Part shown: positions 31,087 to 43,861 of the stretch, one piece after another | Position numbering within the stretch: the first letter of the stretch is position 1 | Layout: the number at the start of each line of letters is the position of its first letter | Assembly (NCBI RefSeq): GCF_009914755.1 | Contig: NC_060938.1 | Length of the DNA stretch: 64,000 bases | Reading direction: 5' to 3' (one strand) | Source: the human T2T-CHM13v2.0 reference genome, Homo sapiens | Made by a program: the position numbers and the translations under genes | Notes under the pieces: generated by a model | What the model was told of the DNA's origin: nothing | Database searches by the model: none | The model's input: only the letters and a program-made list of their open reading frames with translations

Positions 31087-33945
31087 TTGTTTTTCAGTGA
31101 ATTTAGAATTACAGACCACAACCAACAGGATTCTATGTTTCTTATTTTACTAAATGCAAATCAGATATTGCTTTTCTTAACCCCCCAGATGCTCAGCATT
31201 GATACTTAACTCATGGTGCAGGAGCGAGCTGCTCTGTGTATTTTGTGATGGTCAGCTCTTGGGTATGGTTATCTTGTGTTTTGGGTGGAGGGATGGACTC
31301 TTTGTGTCAAAGCCATTATTCTGAGGGACATGCAGTTGTTCATATATCATTTCTAAAATTCTAATGTAACCTTCCCTATATATGAAAATGGGAATGTGGC
31401 TGCATTGTGGGATAACTTTTTAGTAAAAGCAAAATTTAACTTCTGAGACTGTTCAGTAAAAGGGAAAATATTGTAGGAATTACCCTTATCTCCCTTGTTA
31501 ACACTAAAAGAATTGAACTGGCTGTACTTCCTCTACTTTGATAGTCATCTAGATGCAGTTTGTATATCACAGTTTCTGAGTTTTATCATCCACGTGGCCT
31601 CTTGGCATTTTCATGCATCTTGCTGAATTAGTAAAATTATAATGGAAAGTTGTGTTTTGTGGCTGTGGGTATATTCTAGAATAAAGTTTTTATTTTTCTA
31701 ATTAACAGGTTTTTTTCCCACCACACAGAAAAATGTTTTAGAGCTCTGCATAGTATTAATTCTGGCTGCATTCAAGGTGGCAATAAATGATCAGCAGCTC
31801 CAAGTCGTAATGGATATATGAACAGATAAATCATTAATGTATACAAACTTGTAGATTGAGTCCCAGAAATACTGTTAGTGCACTTAAATTATAAAACTGT
31901 TTACCTGAAGCAGCACTGAGCAATCCTTTGGATATACTTTTACCTGTTTTTATTCTAATAAAAATGACTAGTACAAGGAAAATTAGTTGGTTTTTAGCCT
32001 GAATTGTATGTTTTGATTTGATTTTTATTTCTCCACATTATTTTGCTTGTTAGCTTTTCTTCAAACCAGTATCACAAATGGATGCTGTCTTCACTCAGAC
32101 CTGACTTTGGTAAATGAAATATTATGTTCTGTAATAAATATGACCTTCAGTCATATAGAAACCAGTGGTCTGTTTAATATCTATTTCTCATAGAATCAAT
32201 TCATTCTTCTTTTTTCTTATCAATTTAAAAATTCTTGTTAAATTTTACATAGCTTTTATTAGCACCAAATAAGGAAGATGGCCTCAATGTTTTTGAGCCA
32301 TGTGTTTCAGAAGTGATTGTACTTCATTCTAGATGTGATTTTATATACTTGGGAAATCATTTCAACTTCTTTTCTTCTTTGGAGACATGCTTTTGTCTCA
32401 ATATTCTGGGAACATCATTACAGCTGATCAAACCACACAAGTATTCTGTTGAAAGGGATGGAATTTTAAGTACATTTTTTTCTTTCTTCATCCCTTCCCA
32501 ATTCACAGGCCTTTCCTTAAAAGGGTAGAATTAAGACTAGGCTTAAGTTCACATTTCAGAAACTTTACATTTGTGTGAAAGGTTGTGATTTTAGTTATTG
32601 TGCTTTTTTCTGCAATTATCTTTTAATGTTTTTTCTATTTTAATCCAGCTAAGAGTCACACCTACAAAGGGCACAGTTTTTGTTGAGTTTTTAGAGTTTA
32701 TCTGCTGTTTAAAATGTTAACTTTCAAAGTATTCATACTTTAATATAAATAAGAGTGCAGTCACTTTTTCCTCTGGTCTGGGTATCTTTAAATTCCACCA
32801 GTAAGGTGGGAAATGTGTCTATTCAAGTAAAGAACCAGAAGAGTGAGCGAGAGAGACAGAGAGTGAGAGCGTGTGTGTGTGTATCAAAGGATTATATTTT
32901 TTGCTTTGATACTTCTAAGGTACAGAATAATGCTTTGTGCCACTAGGTTAGAGTTCTTGTTTGTTATATGTTGTTTTAATTTTTTAATGGTGAGAATGGA
33001 TTTATGCTCAGCCCTCCACACTCCCTCTTACTGGGTTGCAGAATTGACTAGGGAAAGCCCAAGGGTGTGCTGGTTTTGTTTTTCATTTTGGAATAAATAG
33101 AGTCTGGACGCTAGAGAGCTGATTCACCCTGGACTTGAACTCGGCACTGCCCACTTGGTCTAAGCAGCACCGTTCCCTTTTCACCTGAGCACAGGTGTCA
33201 GAGCATTAAGACATACTATAGCAAAATGCAAAATTTTGCAACAGTATAAATTCAGTTATGTATTATCAGTCTTAAAATTGTAGAGTCTTCCTCAGTAGTC
33301 ATTGAATAATACTCTTTTTGTCAGTTTGTTTCTCAAACAAGTCAACGGGTTTGTTATGGTAGGTTTTAGTCTTGGGCTGGTTTTAATGTTACTAGTAGTT
33401 AAATGATAAAGTCTCACCTCTTTTAATTACCACACATCACAATATTTGAAACGGTGTAGATGGTATCCTCATTTTTCACATAACCTGGATGGTTTTTATT
33501 AGTGATATGATTATGACCTGATTTTTAAAAAATTATCTTTAAGTCTCTTAAAGTCTCTTAAAAATACTTCACAAGCTTTTTAGAAGTATTTCCTTTAATT
33601 AATTTGTAGGATGTTATTTTTTGATCCAACAGATTTCATGCTGAAAATATATATTTTGAATAATTCAAACATTTCAGTTTTATGGTTTTTTTTTTTTTCC
33701 AGCTCATTGGAGACATTTATCTCAGTCTTGTGTGTTTTCTAATAATGTCATGTAGTCCTAAAATAGTTAAAACTTTTTTTTTTTGGTATAATACTGTTTT
33801 TGCCCAAAGACTTCTGGAAGTGCAAAATAACAAAGTTATTTCTGGGGAGTAAGGTGATCTCTGTCTCACTACCGTGCCCCTCTCAATCCCCATACATACA
33901 CACATATGTGAGTTTTGGGGTTCTTTTCAGTTTTAGGCATCAGAA

Positions 33946-33947
<2 letters not shown>

Positions 33948-33982
<35 letters not shown>
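33948..33982. repeat. (GT)n microsatellite, ~17 units
   Basis: Read directly from the sequence. Confidence 0.92.
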
Positions 33983-33987
<5 letters not shown>

Positions 33988-36036
33988 CGTAAAATGTCCC
34001 AACTTTGTGCTCTTCCTTGTGGATGCTGTCTCTCTCTTGGCATAGCACCCTCCTTAGAAACTTTCACACTGTGTGATGCCTGGTGCTATGTGATTTCCAG
34101 AAATCTGGCATGAGAATTGGTCCTTGTTTGCGTTTTCTGACTGCAGTGGAGCTGTTAATAAAGAGATTGATGATAAAGTTGTCGAAAAGAGACAGTTGGG
34201 CAGAACTGCTCCCCATGAGTGACAGAGGGCATGATCTGCCTTCACAGCCAAGAAAGTTGCCCCCAGCTGAGAACCGACCATGCCTGGACACTGTGCCAAG
34301 ACTGTTAGGGGAACTTTACTGCACTATTAGGCTACTACCTCTCTCTCTGTCGCTTTGGCTTACTTCACATTACCATTTTTTTCCTTAAGTTCTTGAGATG
34401 CTCAGGACAAATCTCTGCATATACAACACACACTTTCCAACTGTAAAATAATTATTTTTGAAAATTATTTAAAGCACTCAGTTCATCCTAATTTGGCTTT
34501 TATAGTAAAATAGTACAAGTTTTAAAAGTATTACTACAGTTTTCATACAAAGCCTGCCTCAAGAATAAGCATTGGCTTCAATAAGCATTGGTTATGGGAT
34601 ATTAGACATTTTAGCCATACTTATTGTAACTGTATTTTTCATCTATCACTGTTTGTAAACTTAGGCTACTGGCATCCAATTTAGCTGTTCATGTTTTGTG
34701 TGGTCTCCTTGATAACCTGTAAGATTTTTTTGGCTCTCTTTAATGCGACTTTAAAGGTACAAATTTTTCCTGTAATTTTTAAGCTGTGTTAGGTTACATG
34801 TTTTTCACTTAGGTTTTCTTAAATATGAGACTATTTTAGTAGACTTCTCTTTTGAGGAAACTGATACCATTGTGGCCTTTGTCATGTTGAATGACCCAAA
34901 CGTGAACACTTTGGTTTCTTAACAATGAAAATTCTCGTAAAGCTAGTTTTCCAAGCATGGTCTTTGTCATCTGCCTAAATTGTTGAATAACTTTTTTTTT
35001 TCCTTGAAAATAACCAGTCTTCTTTAAAAATTTACATTTAAAATGTTTAAATTTTAAAGTCTCAAAGTAGAAGGCACCTAATGAGCCTTCTCGTTCATTT
35101 TGTCTGTGACGGCCTCTGCTCAACCATTTCCATTGAGAGAGGAGTCTGTATTTCATGTTGCCATCTCTAGGCAGCAGTTGAAGTTTTAGCTTGGCTCAAG
35201 GCGATTTTCTTAATCCCCATAGTCTCCTTAGAAGCCAGTTATGACCCATCTCTACTTCATTTAACAGGGGACCTCAAAACATTACTCAGGAGTCACTAGC
35301 TGGTTTTCTTATCCAAAGTCAGATGTAGGGATGTGTTTTATAGCTAGAGTATGTTAGCACATCACTCATTCCCTGTTATTTGAGTAGTGGTAGTCTAACA
35401 CCACTCATTCTCTAGGAACCACACACCTGAAGAGGGGAATAAGGTTAAGCTCGTGTCCTCGGATATATCGTAATCAGGATAAATCCCCCAAGTGAAGTAG
35501 TACCTGTGGGTGTAGTGGAGCAACTTGTACATTAGGGCGATACCAGGTTTTCTCAGTAGGCTTTTGCGAGGTTTATGGTGAGCATGAGCTATTGCTAAGC
35601 TAGAAATCCACTGATAGGAAGATAAAAGCAGTAATTTGCAATAGATGAAGAAACTATCAAGTGACATCAAAGATCATGTAATTTCTCTCTACTTCTGTCC
35701 ATCTCGTAAAGTGTGTTCTTGCTATTCTGTATTATTTGTTCTACTGACTCACTTTTGATATGGGAAGAGGTAAGATGGAATGTCTTACAGGACTCTGGTT
35801 TAGTGAACTGAACTGTAGCATGTTGAGAGCATGTTTTCTGAGGCCAGATTTGTTCTCAGAGACCTCCAAAGAAGGGTTTCCTCTGCCAGACTTACCAGGG
35901 TTGGCTTTTGAAAGGAGAGTTCTAGTCATGGACTCTAAATCATAATCCCTAGAAGATAGACTTGGGATGGGTAGAAGAAAGGTGAGCTGCAAGGACTCCT
36001 GGTATTTTCTTAGCTCCCCCTTGGCCTTGTAGCACC

Positions 36037-36337
36037 TTTTTTTTTTTTTTTTTTTGAGACAGAGTCTTGCTGTGTCGCCCAGGCTGGAGTACAGTGGCAC
36101 AATCTTGGCTCATTACAGCCTCTGCCTCCTGAGTTCAAGTGATTCTCGTGCTTCAGCCTCCCAAGTAGCAGGGATTACAGGTATGCACCACCACACCTGG
36201 CTAATTTTTGTGTTTTTAGTTGAGATAGGGTTTCTCCATGTTGGCCAGGCTGGTCTTGAACTCCTGGCCTCAGGCAGTTTGCCTGCTTCGGCCTCCCAAA
36301 GTGTTGGTATTACAGGTGTGAGCCACTGCACCTGGCC
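36037..36337 (-). mobile_element. AluS (Sx/Sz-like)
   Basis: Antisense dimer with a poly-T tail; degenerate TSD ccttgtagcac / ccttgcggtac. Confidence 0.88.
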
Positions 36338-39300
36338 CCTTGCGGTACTTTATGAAGAGCTTTGAATTTGGCTGTTAACCAAACAGGCTGTAGGAAAACA
36401 CGAAAATCTTCATTTTCAGAAAGGTTTGAAGTAGAATTTTCACATGTTAGGAACAGAATTTTTAAAGAAGGGTAGTATAACTGGGATGTGGGGAAACAAG
36501 TATTGAACAGTAAGGTGAGGCCAGAAGCCTAGAGAAAATAATTAGTAATATGGCTAGTAAGTGGCTAAACCACATAAATTAGCATGACTCCATTAATTCT
36601 GAATTCTTTGGAAATTCTTGTTTGTAATCTTATTTTGATCACCACTCAGGATCATAATATCCAAAGCATTGGAGCTTCCATGAAGGAAGGATTAGAAGTT
36701 GAAGCACCTTAGAGGCTCTGACTTGAGTGGTGTTTTACTTGAAACCTGCTATATTGGTTTAACATGGGGGGAGAATACAGGGAGTTTGAGGCATGCCCGG
36801 ATGTTAGGGCCAATTAGAAGACTGGGGCCTCTTGGAAAATAAGTGGTCTATGTAGGCCTTTTGTTGAGTGGAAGGGAAATGGCATTGGCATTGTGATAAA
36901 GATGCATGGAAAATAAGAGGTCTGGGCATTTTGCTGAGTGGAAAGGGGATGGCATTGGCATTGTGGTACGGATGCCTAATTTCTGGTTGTTAAGAATTAA
37001 ATTCCATAGGATACATCATTTGCTGGGTTTGGCACATGCTAGAAATATTCAGCAAAGTTGCCCATCAGGCAGTTCATCTTGACTGCCATTTTATCATATC
37101 AGCTGAATTAAAACATTTAGTACACAACTTTCTGTGTGTAGCGGAAAGAATGCCTGTTTTCAAGGCAGAGCTGCATTCAGGTCTTAGCTTCAGCACTTAC
37201 TAGCTATTGAGCTCATGCAGTTACAGCATTTTCTTTGAAGCTCGTATTCCTTTTCAGTGGAGATGAGCAATGTCCTTTTAAGGTGATTGTGAGGATAAAA
37301 GGTAAGTAAGTGAAGAGCCTCATACTGCAGCTGTTACTACTGTGTCCTGATGCTCTCTGAGCATTCACCCTTCAGCGCTCATTGGCTTAAATGTTCTAAC
37401 TAACAATTCTTCCTTACTTGGGATAGCCAAGGTGATCTGTGGCTATTTGAACTTTGGTCCAGGTTAGAATTGAGGAAAGCTAACACTGGAAAGAGGTTGA
37501 ATGCTTGAGATTCCATTAAAGTTTGTGTCACGTCATCCTGGTTGGGGATTTTGTTTGTAAACAACGTATTTCAGCCTAACACTGTCACCAACTAGTTTCT
37601 TGAAATTTTGCATATCTAGTTGGAGTGAGCCTAAGTACCCATTGAAGGTTCCCAGGTAAGAGTGGGAGGAAGGAAAAGAAAAGATAATTGATGAGCAAAT
37701 AAGAAAATAAGATGTCGACGAGATGAAGGCAGTAAAAGAGGAGGGAAAGATAAAGCAGTTTAGGGGATGCAACCGAATTGGAGAGAGAAATTCCATTGTT
37801 TTACATCCTGGCTGAATTATACAACCAATCTAGGACTTGGATATTGTTAAATACTTTTTTATGATGTACAAATTGAATATTGCCAAACCTTGGCCTTTCA
37901 GTTGAATTGTACTCCAAGTTGCATGAAGTCTTAAGCCTTATGCTTCTGAAGCCACCACCAGTGTGGTGCAATGTTTGATTAATGTCTGAAGGGAGCCTGG
38001 TCCAGTGGTTGGAAGAAAAAGCCCTGGCCTTCAGGAAGGACAAATCTGATCCTTCTCCAGGGCCTGATGACCCTGGGTAAGCTACTTAACGCCTTCCCCC
38101 AGTTTCTGAGGAAAATGTTAAGTTTTTCTTTAGATCTTTCTTATTGAAGCTTTATGTGGATTAGCAAGCAGATAGGGCATGTTTAAGCAATCAGACTTTT
38201 TTTTTTTCAGTACTAGGTTAAACCTAGTTTGAATTAGTCAGAGGGCAGTCACAAAGGCAGACTGCAAAGGAACATCTGGCAAACCACCCCTGCTAATTCT
38301 CAAAGCTGTCTTCCTGCTATGAAATTTGGGCAGGACCAGAGTAGGGAGAAAAAAGTGGAGTCAGGCAAAGCCCTGTTTAAAAAAAAAATTAGTGTGAGTT
38401 TGGGGCAGACTGACCTTTTCATTAAAAAACGTTCTCTCCCTTAGTGCCAAGACAAATGCAGTGCGTAGCTTCTGAGGAGACAGTGAGCATGCCTGCCTGC
38501 TTCTGGCAAGGGTTCAAGTGCAGTGAGTGGGTCTGGGAAAAATTCCTGACAGTAGCTGCCTTTTATTGAGTATATCTACTAGGTGTTAAGTGGTAGGGCC
38601 AGTTGTTACAGCAACCTATAAGATTTGACATATTCATTGGTGTCACCATTTACAGATGAGGAAACAGGTTTATTTTGGCAGAGTATCTTGCCCAGGGTCA
38701 CACAGTAAATTGGATTTGAGCCTGGTTCTGTTTGACTCTAAAACTTAATCCTGAAATATGACCCTGTGTTTTCCCACTCAACAACGTTGCCTTAGTATCT
38801 CTTTGGATATTATCGTTGAGAAGGCAAGGGTAATTAGCTCTATTTTGCATATGCCTCTAGTTTTAGAACAGCTAAAATACATTGCTGCTCTTTGGATGCC
38901 CTTAAAAAGCTGGCCTGCTGGAGGTGAGGAGGGGGAGAGATTTGCAAAGAGCGACAGTGAACAGCTGGGCTCTGATGAGACTGGTGTACTCTATTTACTA
39001 GTACTGGAAGGTTTGGATTCTGACTAGTTTGGGGTGAACTGACCTGTTCACACTCAAGTCACTTAATAGCTTTGACTAAACTTTGGATGTTTAAGTAATG
39101 TTACATATCGGTTGGGATGGTTTCTCCTTGAGAAGTTTTGCATCTTAGAATGTTTTTCTTTTTAAGCCAATTAAAACAGAAGACCTCCTAAAAGGAAAGC
39201 TAAAAATCCTTAAAAGTGCTTAAGACTAGAGTGAATGAAACCTCAGCAGAGATGCCTTAGAGGTTGTTGAGGTGCTTTACCTATCATATCTGAAGGCATT

Positions 39301-41156
39301 AATTACACTTGACAAAGTTTTATTAAAAACAGAAAAGGCAGAGGCACTTTTAGAGGAACTGGATGAAAACAATACTTAATGTTTTAAAAAAAAGAAAAAT
39401 TGGCATCTAAAAATGAATTTTTTGTGGGGAGGGCTTCATTATGTTGTATATAAAATGTGAATGTGGTAAATGTCTAAAATGTGAATTGTGGGTGAATATG
39501 TCACTGGGCAAATTGATTATTAGGTGAATTGGTTTTAGGCAAATTTGATGTTATCTTGAATTTGTTAATGTTGATTTTTTCTAATTATAGTCATAATTCA
39601 TATTCATTGTAGTCAAAATTCATATTCATTGTAATACTTAAAAAATACAGAAAAGCATAAAGAAGAAACTTCACCCATAATCCTTAAAAAAAAAAAAAAA
39701 GCATACTTAAGGTCATACTAGGTAAGTAATTTTATATCAGGCATTTTCCCTGGAGATTGTCACGGCTGTTGAATAGGTAAAGCAAAGAGCCCAAGCATAT
39801 CATGTGTGTGTCTCCACAAGCTGGGGACCTACGCTTTGGATTGAAGCCTGAGGAGAAATGTGGGGGAGCCTGGACCTAGGAGGGGTATGGAGAGGGAACC
39901 AGGCTGTATAGTGGAGAAAGACTCCCTGGTTTGCCAGGTGAGGGTTGAATCAGGGAGGCTCACAACAATGGCCGGCTTTAGCTTTAAGTGAATACCCCTA
40001 TCAGAAAGTTAGAAAAAAAACAAACTCGTGTAGTTCAATGGGCATGGTTTTGCCTCCTGTGAGGAGGATGTTCATTCAACAGATATTCGTTGATCCCCTA
40101 CCATGTACCAGGTGCTGTTACAGTGAGAAGCAAGCAAGGAGAGGGAACTGGGGTTCACTGAGTCCACAGGGTTTAGGCACTTTGGCGCACTCTGAGTGGT
40201 GGGCGTCACACTCAGCTGCCGTGACAGCTGCCTGGGGGTAGTTACAGATCAGTGAGACCTGGTAATAAGTTGAACTTGTCTGGTTCTAAAGCCCAAGCTG
40301 TTTCCATTTTGGGGCACATTTAACAGTTAAAAAGAGGCCCTAGTTATACATGGGGAACAAAACTGATAATAGCCCCTGTCCTTATGAAAGCTTATAGTTC
40401 ATAGGAGATACAGATGCCGACAACACAAATGAACTGTAAGTTACTAGTGGGCTCTGAACGGAAATAAGAGTGCTTCTGGAAGGTTAGGAGCACCCTTTCA
40501 AACTGGACAAGCTTTGACCTGAAGACTAAGGTGGTGCCGAGTGAGGGAGCAGCATGTTTCTTAAGCAGGAAGGAGCTTGGCAACTGCAGAGGAACAGGAA
40601 GGTGCTGGAGTTTTAGAGCTTAGTTGGGTTGAGAGAGATGTAGGTGCCCAGATGTATCACAGTGATAGAATAAGAGGTCCAGAAGTGCTGAGGGAGCATG
40701 CAGCTTCCTGGTGGCCTTGGGGAGGATGTGGGAGAGCAGGTGCCATTTGATGGGTAGTTTGGCTGTGATCAGGAAACAGAGCAGAGGAGACAGCATGCTA
40801 AGTGGAGTGAAGGGCTTGCACCAGGGCACGGGGCAGGAGAGCATGTCAAGGTCAGAGAACAAAGCAGCCAGCAAAGCTAGTGTGTGACTGGGTGGGGCGG
40901 GTGGGGAGCAGTAGGTTAGATGTTACTGCCCTATTGAGAAAGATCTTGAGGCTCAGAGCAGCTCAACATGATTAAGATGTGGTCCAGGTTCTTAGTGGTG
41001 GTAGAAGCTAAGTAAAGGAGAACAAAGAGCGCACACACACACAAAGACCCTGGGCTTCCGTCACTTGTGCTTGTACCTGGTCCCATATTCCCATATTGGA
41101 GACTTGTACCGTTGCATACTTGCTCTCGCACCTCCCTTCCTTCCAGATCCAGCTTC

Positions 41157-41355
41157 ATGCTGGATAAAAGAAATGTTTACATCCCAAATAGGATGGAGTG
41201 GACGGTGCCAGATTTCACACTACCCAGAGGGCTGCACAATTTACTACTTATAAGTTGTTTATTTCTGGCATTTTCCATTGAATATTTTCAGACTGTGGTT
41301 GGCTGCAGGTAACTGAAACCACGGAAAGCAGAACCATGGATAAAGGGGATTACTG
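41157..41355 (+). mobile_element. Tigger2-family (MER28/MER8-like) terminal fragment
   Basis: tttctggcattttccattgaatattttc...ggtaactgaaaccacggaaagc...ggataaagggg..actgta. Confidence 0.7.
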
Positions 41356-43039
41356 TACTACAAATTCCAAGGTCCTGATAGAGAAGTCTCTTCATTAGGG
41401 AACTAGACCGCTTGCCTTAAAATGCATTTGGCTTGCAAGGCGGGTGCGAGGGAACGATATGTCACAAGCTAGCAGAGGCTGTGGGCAGTGTGCCCTTTAC
41501 GTTCTGACACGCGTGGGGGCCCACATCTCTGCAGAGTCCTCCCCTTGAAAGCCTTTTAGTCCCTGACATCCATCATTGTGGGGGCTCAGCTTGGCTGAGC
41601 TGAATATTTATGAGTCATTATTTAATTAAGCCTTTCATACTTTCATTGATAAATGCAGTCACCCCTTGCCCCATTAGTCCCCACCACCACCTTGCAGCCC
41701 ACAGCCAACTTCCAGCCCAGGCGCTGCTCCTCATTCTGTTCCTGGCATGCTGTTGACTGCCCTCCAGTGTCTACCACCCACTGGAGAGAAATCAAGGCCG
41801 GGATTCCTTTCAGTGCCCCCAGTATGTGGAGGCAAAGAGAGACATTTGCACTGACCATTGGTAGATGCTATAGTTTGACCAAACGGCCCCTATTCCTAGG
41901 TGTTTGGCAACTTGTAGCCCAAGTGGAAGACGGGAGAGAACAACCCAACAGGCATCTGGGGAGGTGCCTGTTCTCCTGACGCTGCCTGTCTGTCTGATGG
42001 TTCTATTAACAGCCTTCAAGAAGGATGAAGGGGAGGGTACAACAGTGAACAACAAACATCTCAGTCAGGAGAGGAATTTCAAGACGGGGTGGGCCTGGGT
42101 GGGAAGAGGAGAAATGAGGACAAAGCTTTGGAAACTTTGCTAGGAAGATGTAATGGGAATGTGGCCCGAGGTGAGGCTCACACACCTGGCCCCTGCGTCG
42201 TCAAGAAGCACCGCACAGGAGGTGAGGGTGCTTCTTCCCCACCCGTGGACAACTTGCCTAGCACCTTGGTTTCTGAACTTAAGCCACTTGAGTCCACTTG
42301 CAGCAGTACTTGGGGCCCCAGCCTGTCCCTTTCACTGAGAATCTGGGAGTCTGGGCACCTGGGGGTGTGGCAGTCTTCCTGGAGTTGGAGTGCTTTCCCA
42401 TGGCAGCCTGGCCTGGCATGTCCAGTGACGCACTGCTCCACATGCTGCCCTCTTCTTCCTGGCTATGCTCTGGGTTAGGCGCCAGAGGGAGCGGGCATCT
42501 CTTCCCTGGAACCTGGAGCAGCAGGTAGGAAGGGAGGATGTGAACCGTGTACGGCAAGCTTGTTTATTCATTCAGCAGCACCTCCTGAGCCCCAAGTGCC
42601 TGGCATGAGTTCTGGGTGTGTCAATGAGTTAGCCGAAGCCTGTCCCCTCTTCCACTTGCCACGACGTGCTCTTCTGTGTGCGTGGAAGTTCTTGCCCCAG
42701 CATCTCACTGCTCACCTCCTGTTGTACTCAGCTGGGTTTCACTCATCCCACAGGATATACCTTAGATATCATCATCTCTGAGAAGTCTTCTGATCCCTTA
42801 GGCTGGGTTAGATCTCCACTCCCAAAGCACTCTGTAGCTAAATCTCTTAGCACTTACCATATTGTGGTATTGCCCGAGTTGGGAGCAGCTCTTGCAAAGC
42901 TGAGGCCGTGTCTTGATGCATGTCTGTAGCCACAGTGCATGATGTGTAATAGCTGCTTGTCAGTGTCTGTGGAAATTCAGTGAATGAAGGACTTGACCAA
43001 GTTCTTCCCGAGGAGCTCCCAGTGTACCAGTGGAATATG

Positions 43040-43205
43040 AGCTCATGTGTATTAAGACTTCATGGTCTAAAGATTGTGCTAAATGCCTTACGTGGACTAT
43101 CTCACTGAATCCTCCCAACAATCCTTTGAAGCACGTATTACAGTTCCCATTTTCCAGATGTTGAAACCGAGGCACAGAGAAATACTTGTCCAACGACCCA
43201 TGGTG
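43040..43205 (-). mobile_element. MIR fragment (representative; many more between 37 and 56 kb)
   Basis: Core cccattttccagatg...gaaaccgaggcacagag. Confidence 0.65.
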
Positions 43206-43553
43206 CCAATTGCAATGATGGGAATGTTTAAGGGTGATGGGACAGAGAAGAGGGGCACCTGACTGTGTGCTACGCACTGTTTGGTACTATGCACACCTCT
43301 CATCTAGTACCCAAAACAGCCCTGCAGGACTGCTTTTGTTACCTGGAACCTAAGAATTCAGAGAAAGTCAGTGACTTGTCCAAGGCCACCAGCTGGGAAG
43401 CAGTGGAGCCAAGATTCAAACCCTATGTTCTTAGGCAGACAGACCCCAAAGAGAGGACTCTCGGGTATCATAGCTTGAACGCTAAGGGGGCCCCTCGAGG
43501 CAGGAGCTGTGTCTGCCTGTGCTCTCTCCCACTTTACTGGAAAGGGGCTCTGA

Positions 43554-43861
<308 letters not shown>

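Noticed and set aside
35395-35670. CpG-retaining stretch with a 91-aa - strand ORF, considered as a processed-pseudogene fragment
   Set aside because: No recognisable parent protein, poly-A tail or TSD; a BLAST search would be needed to revive it.
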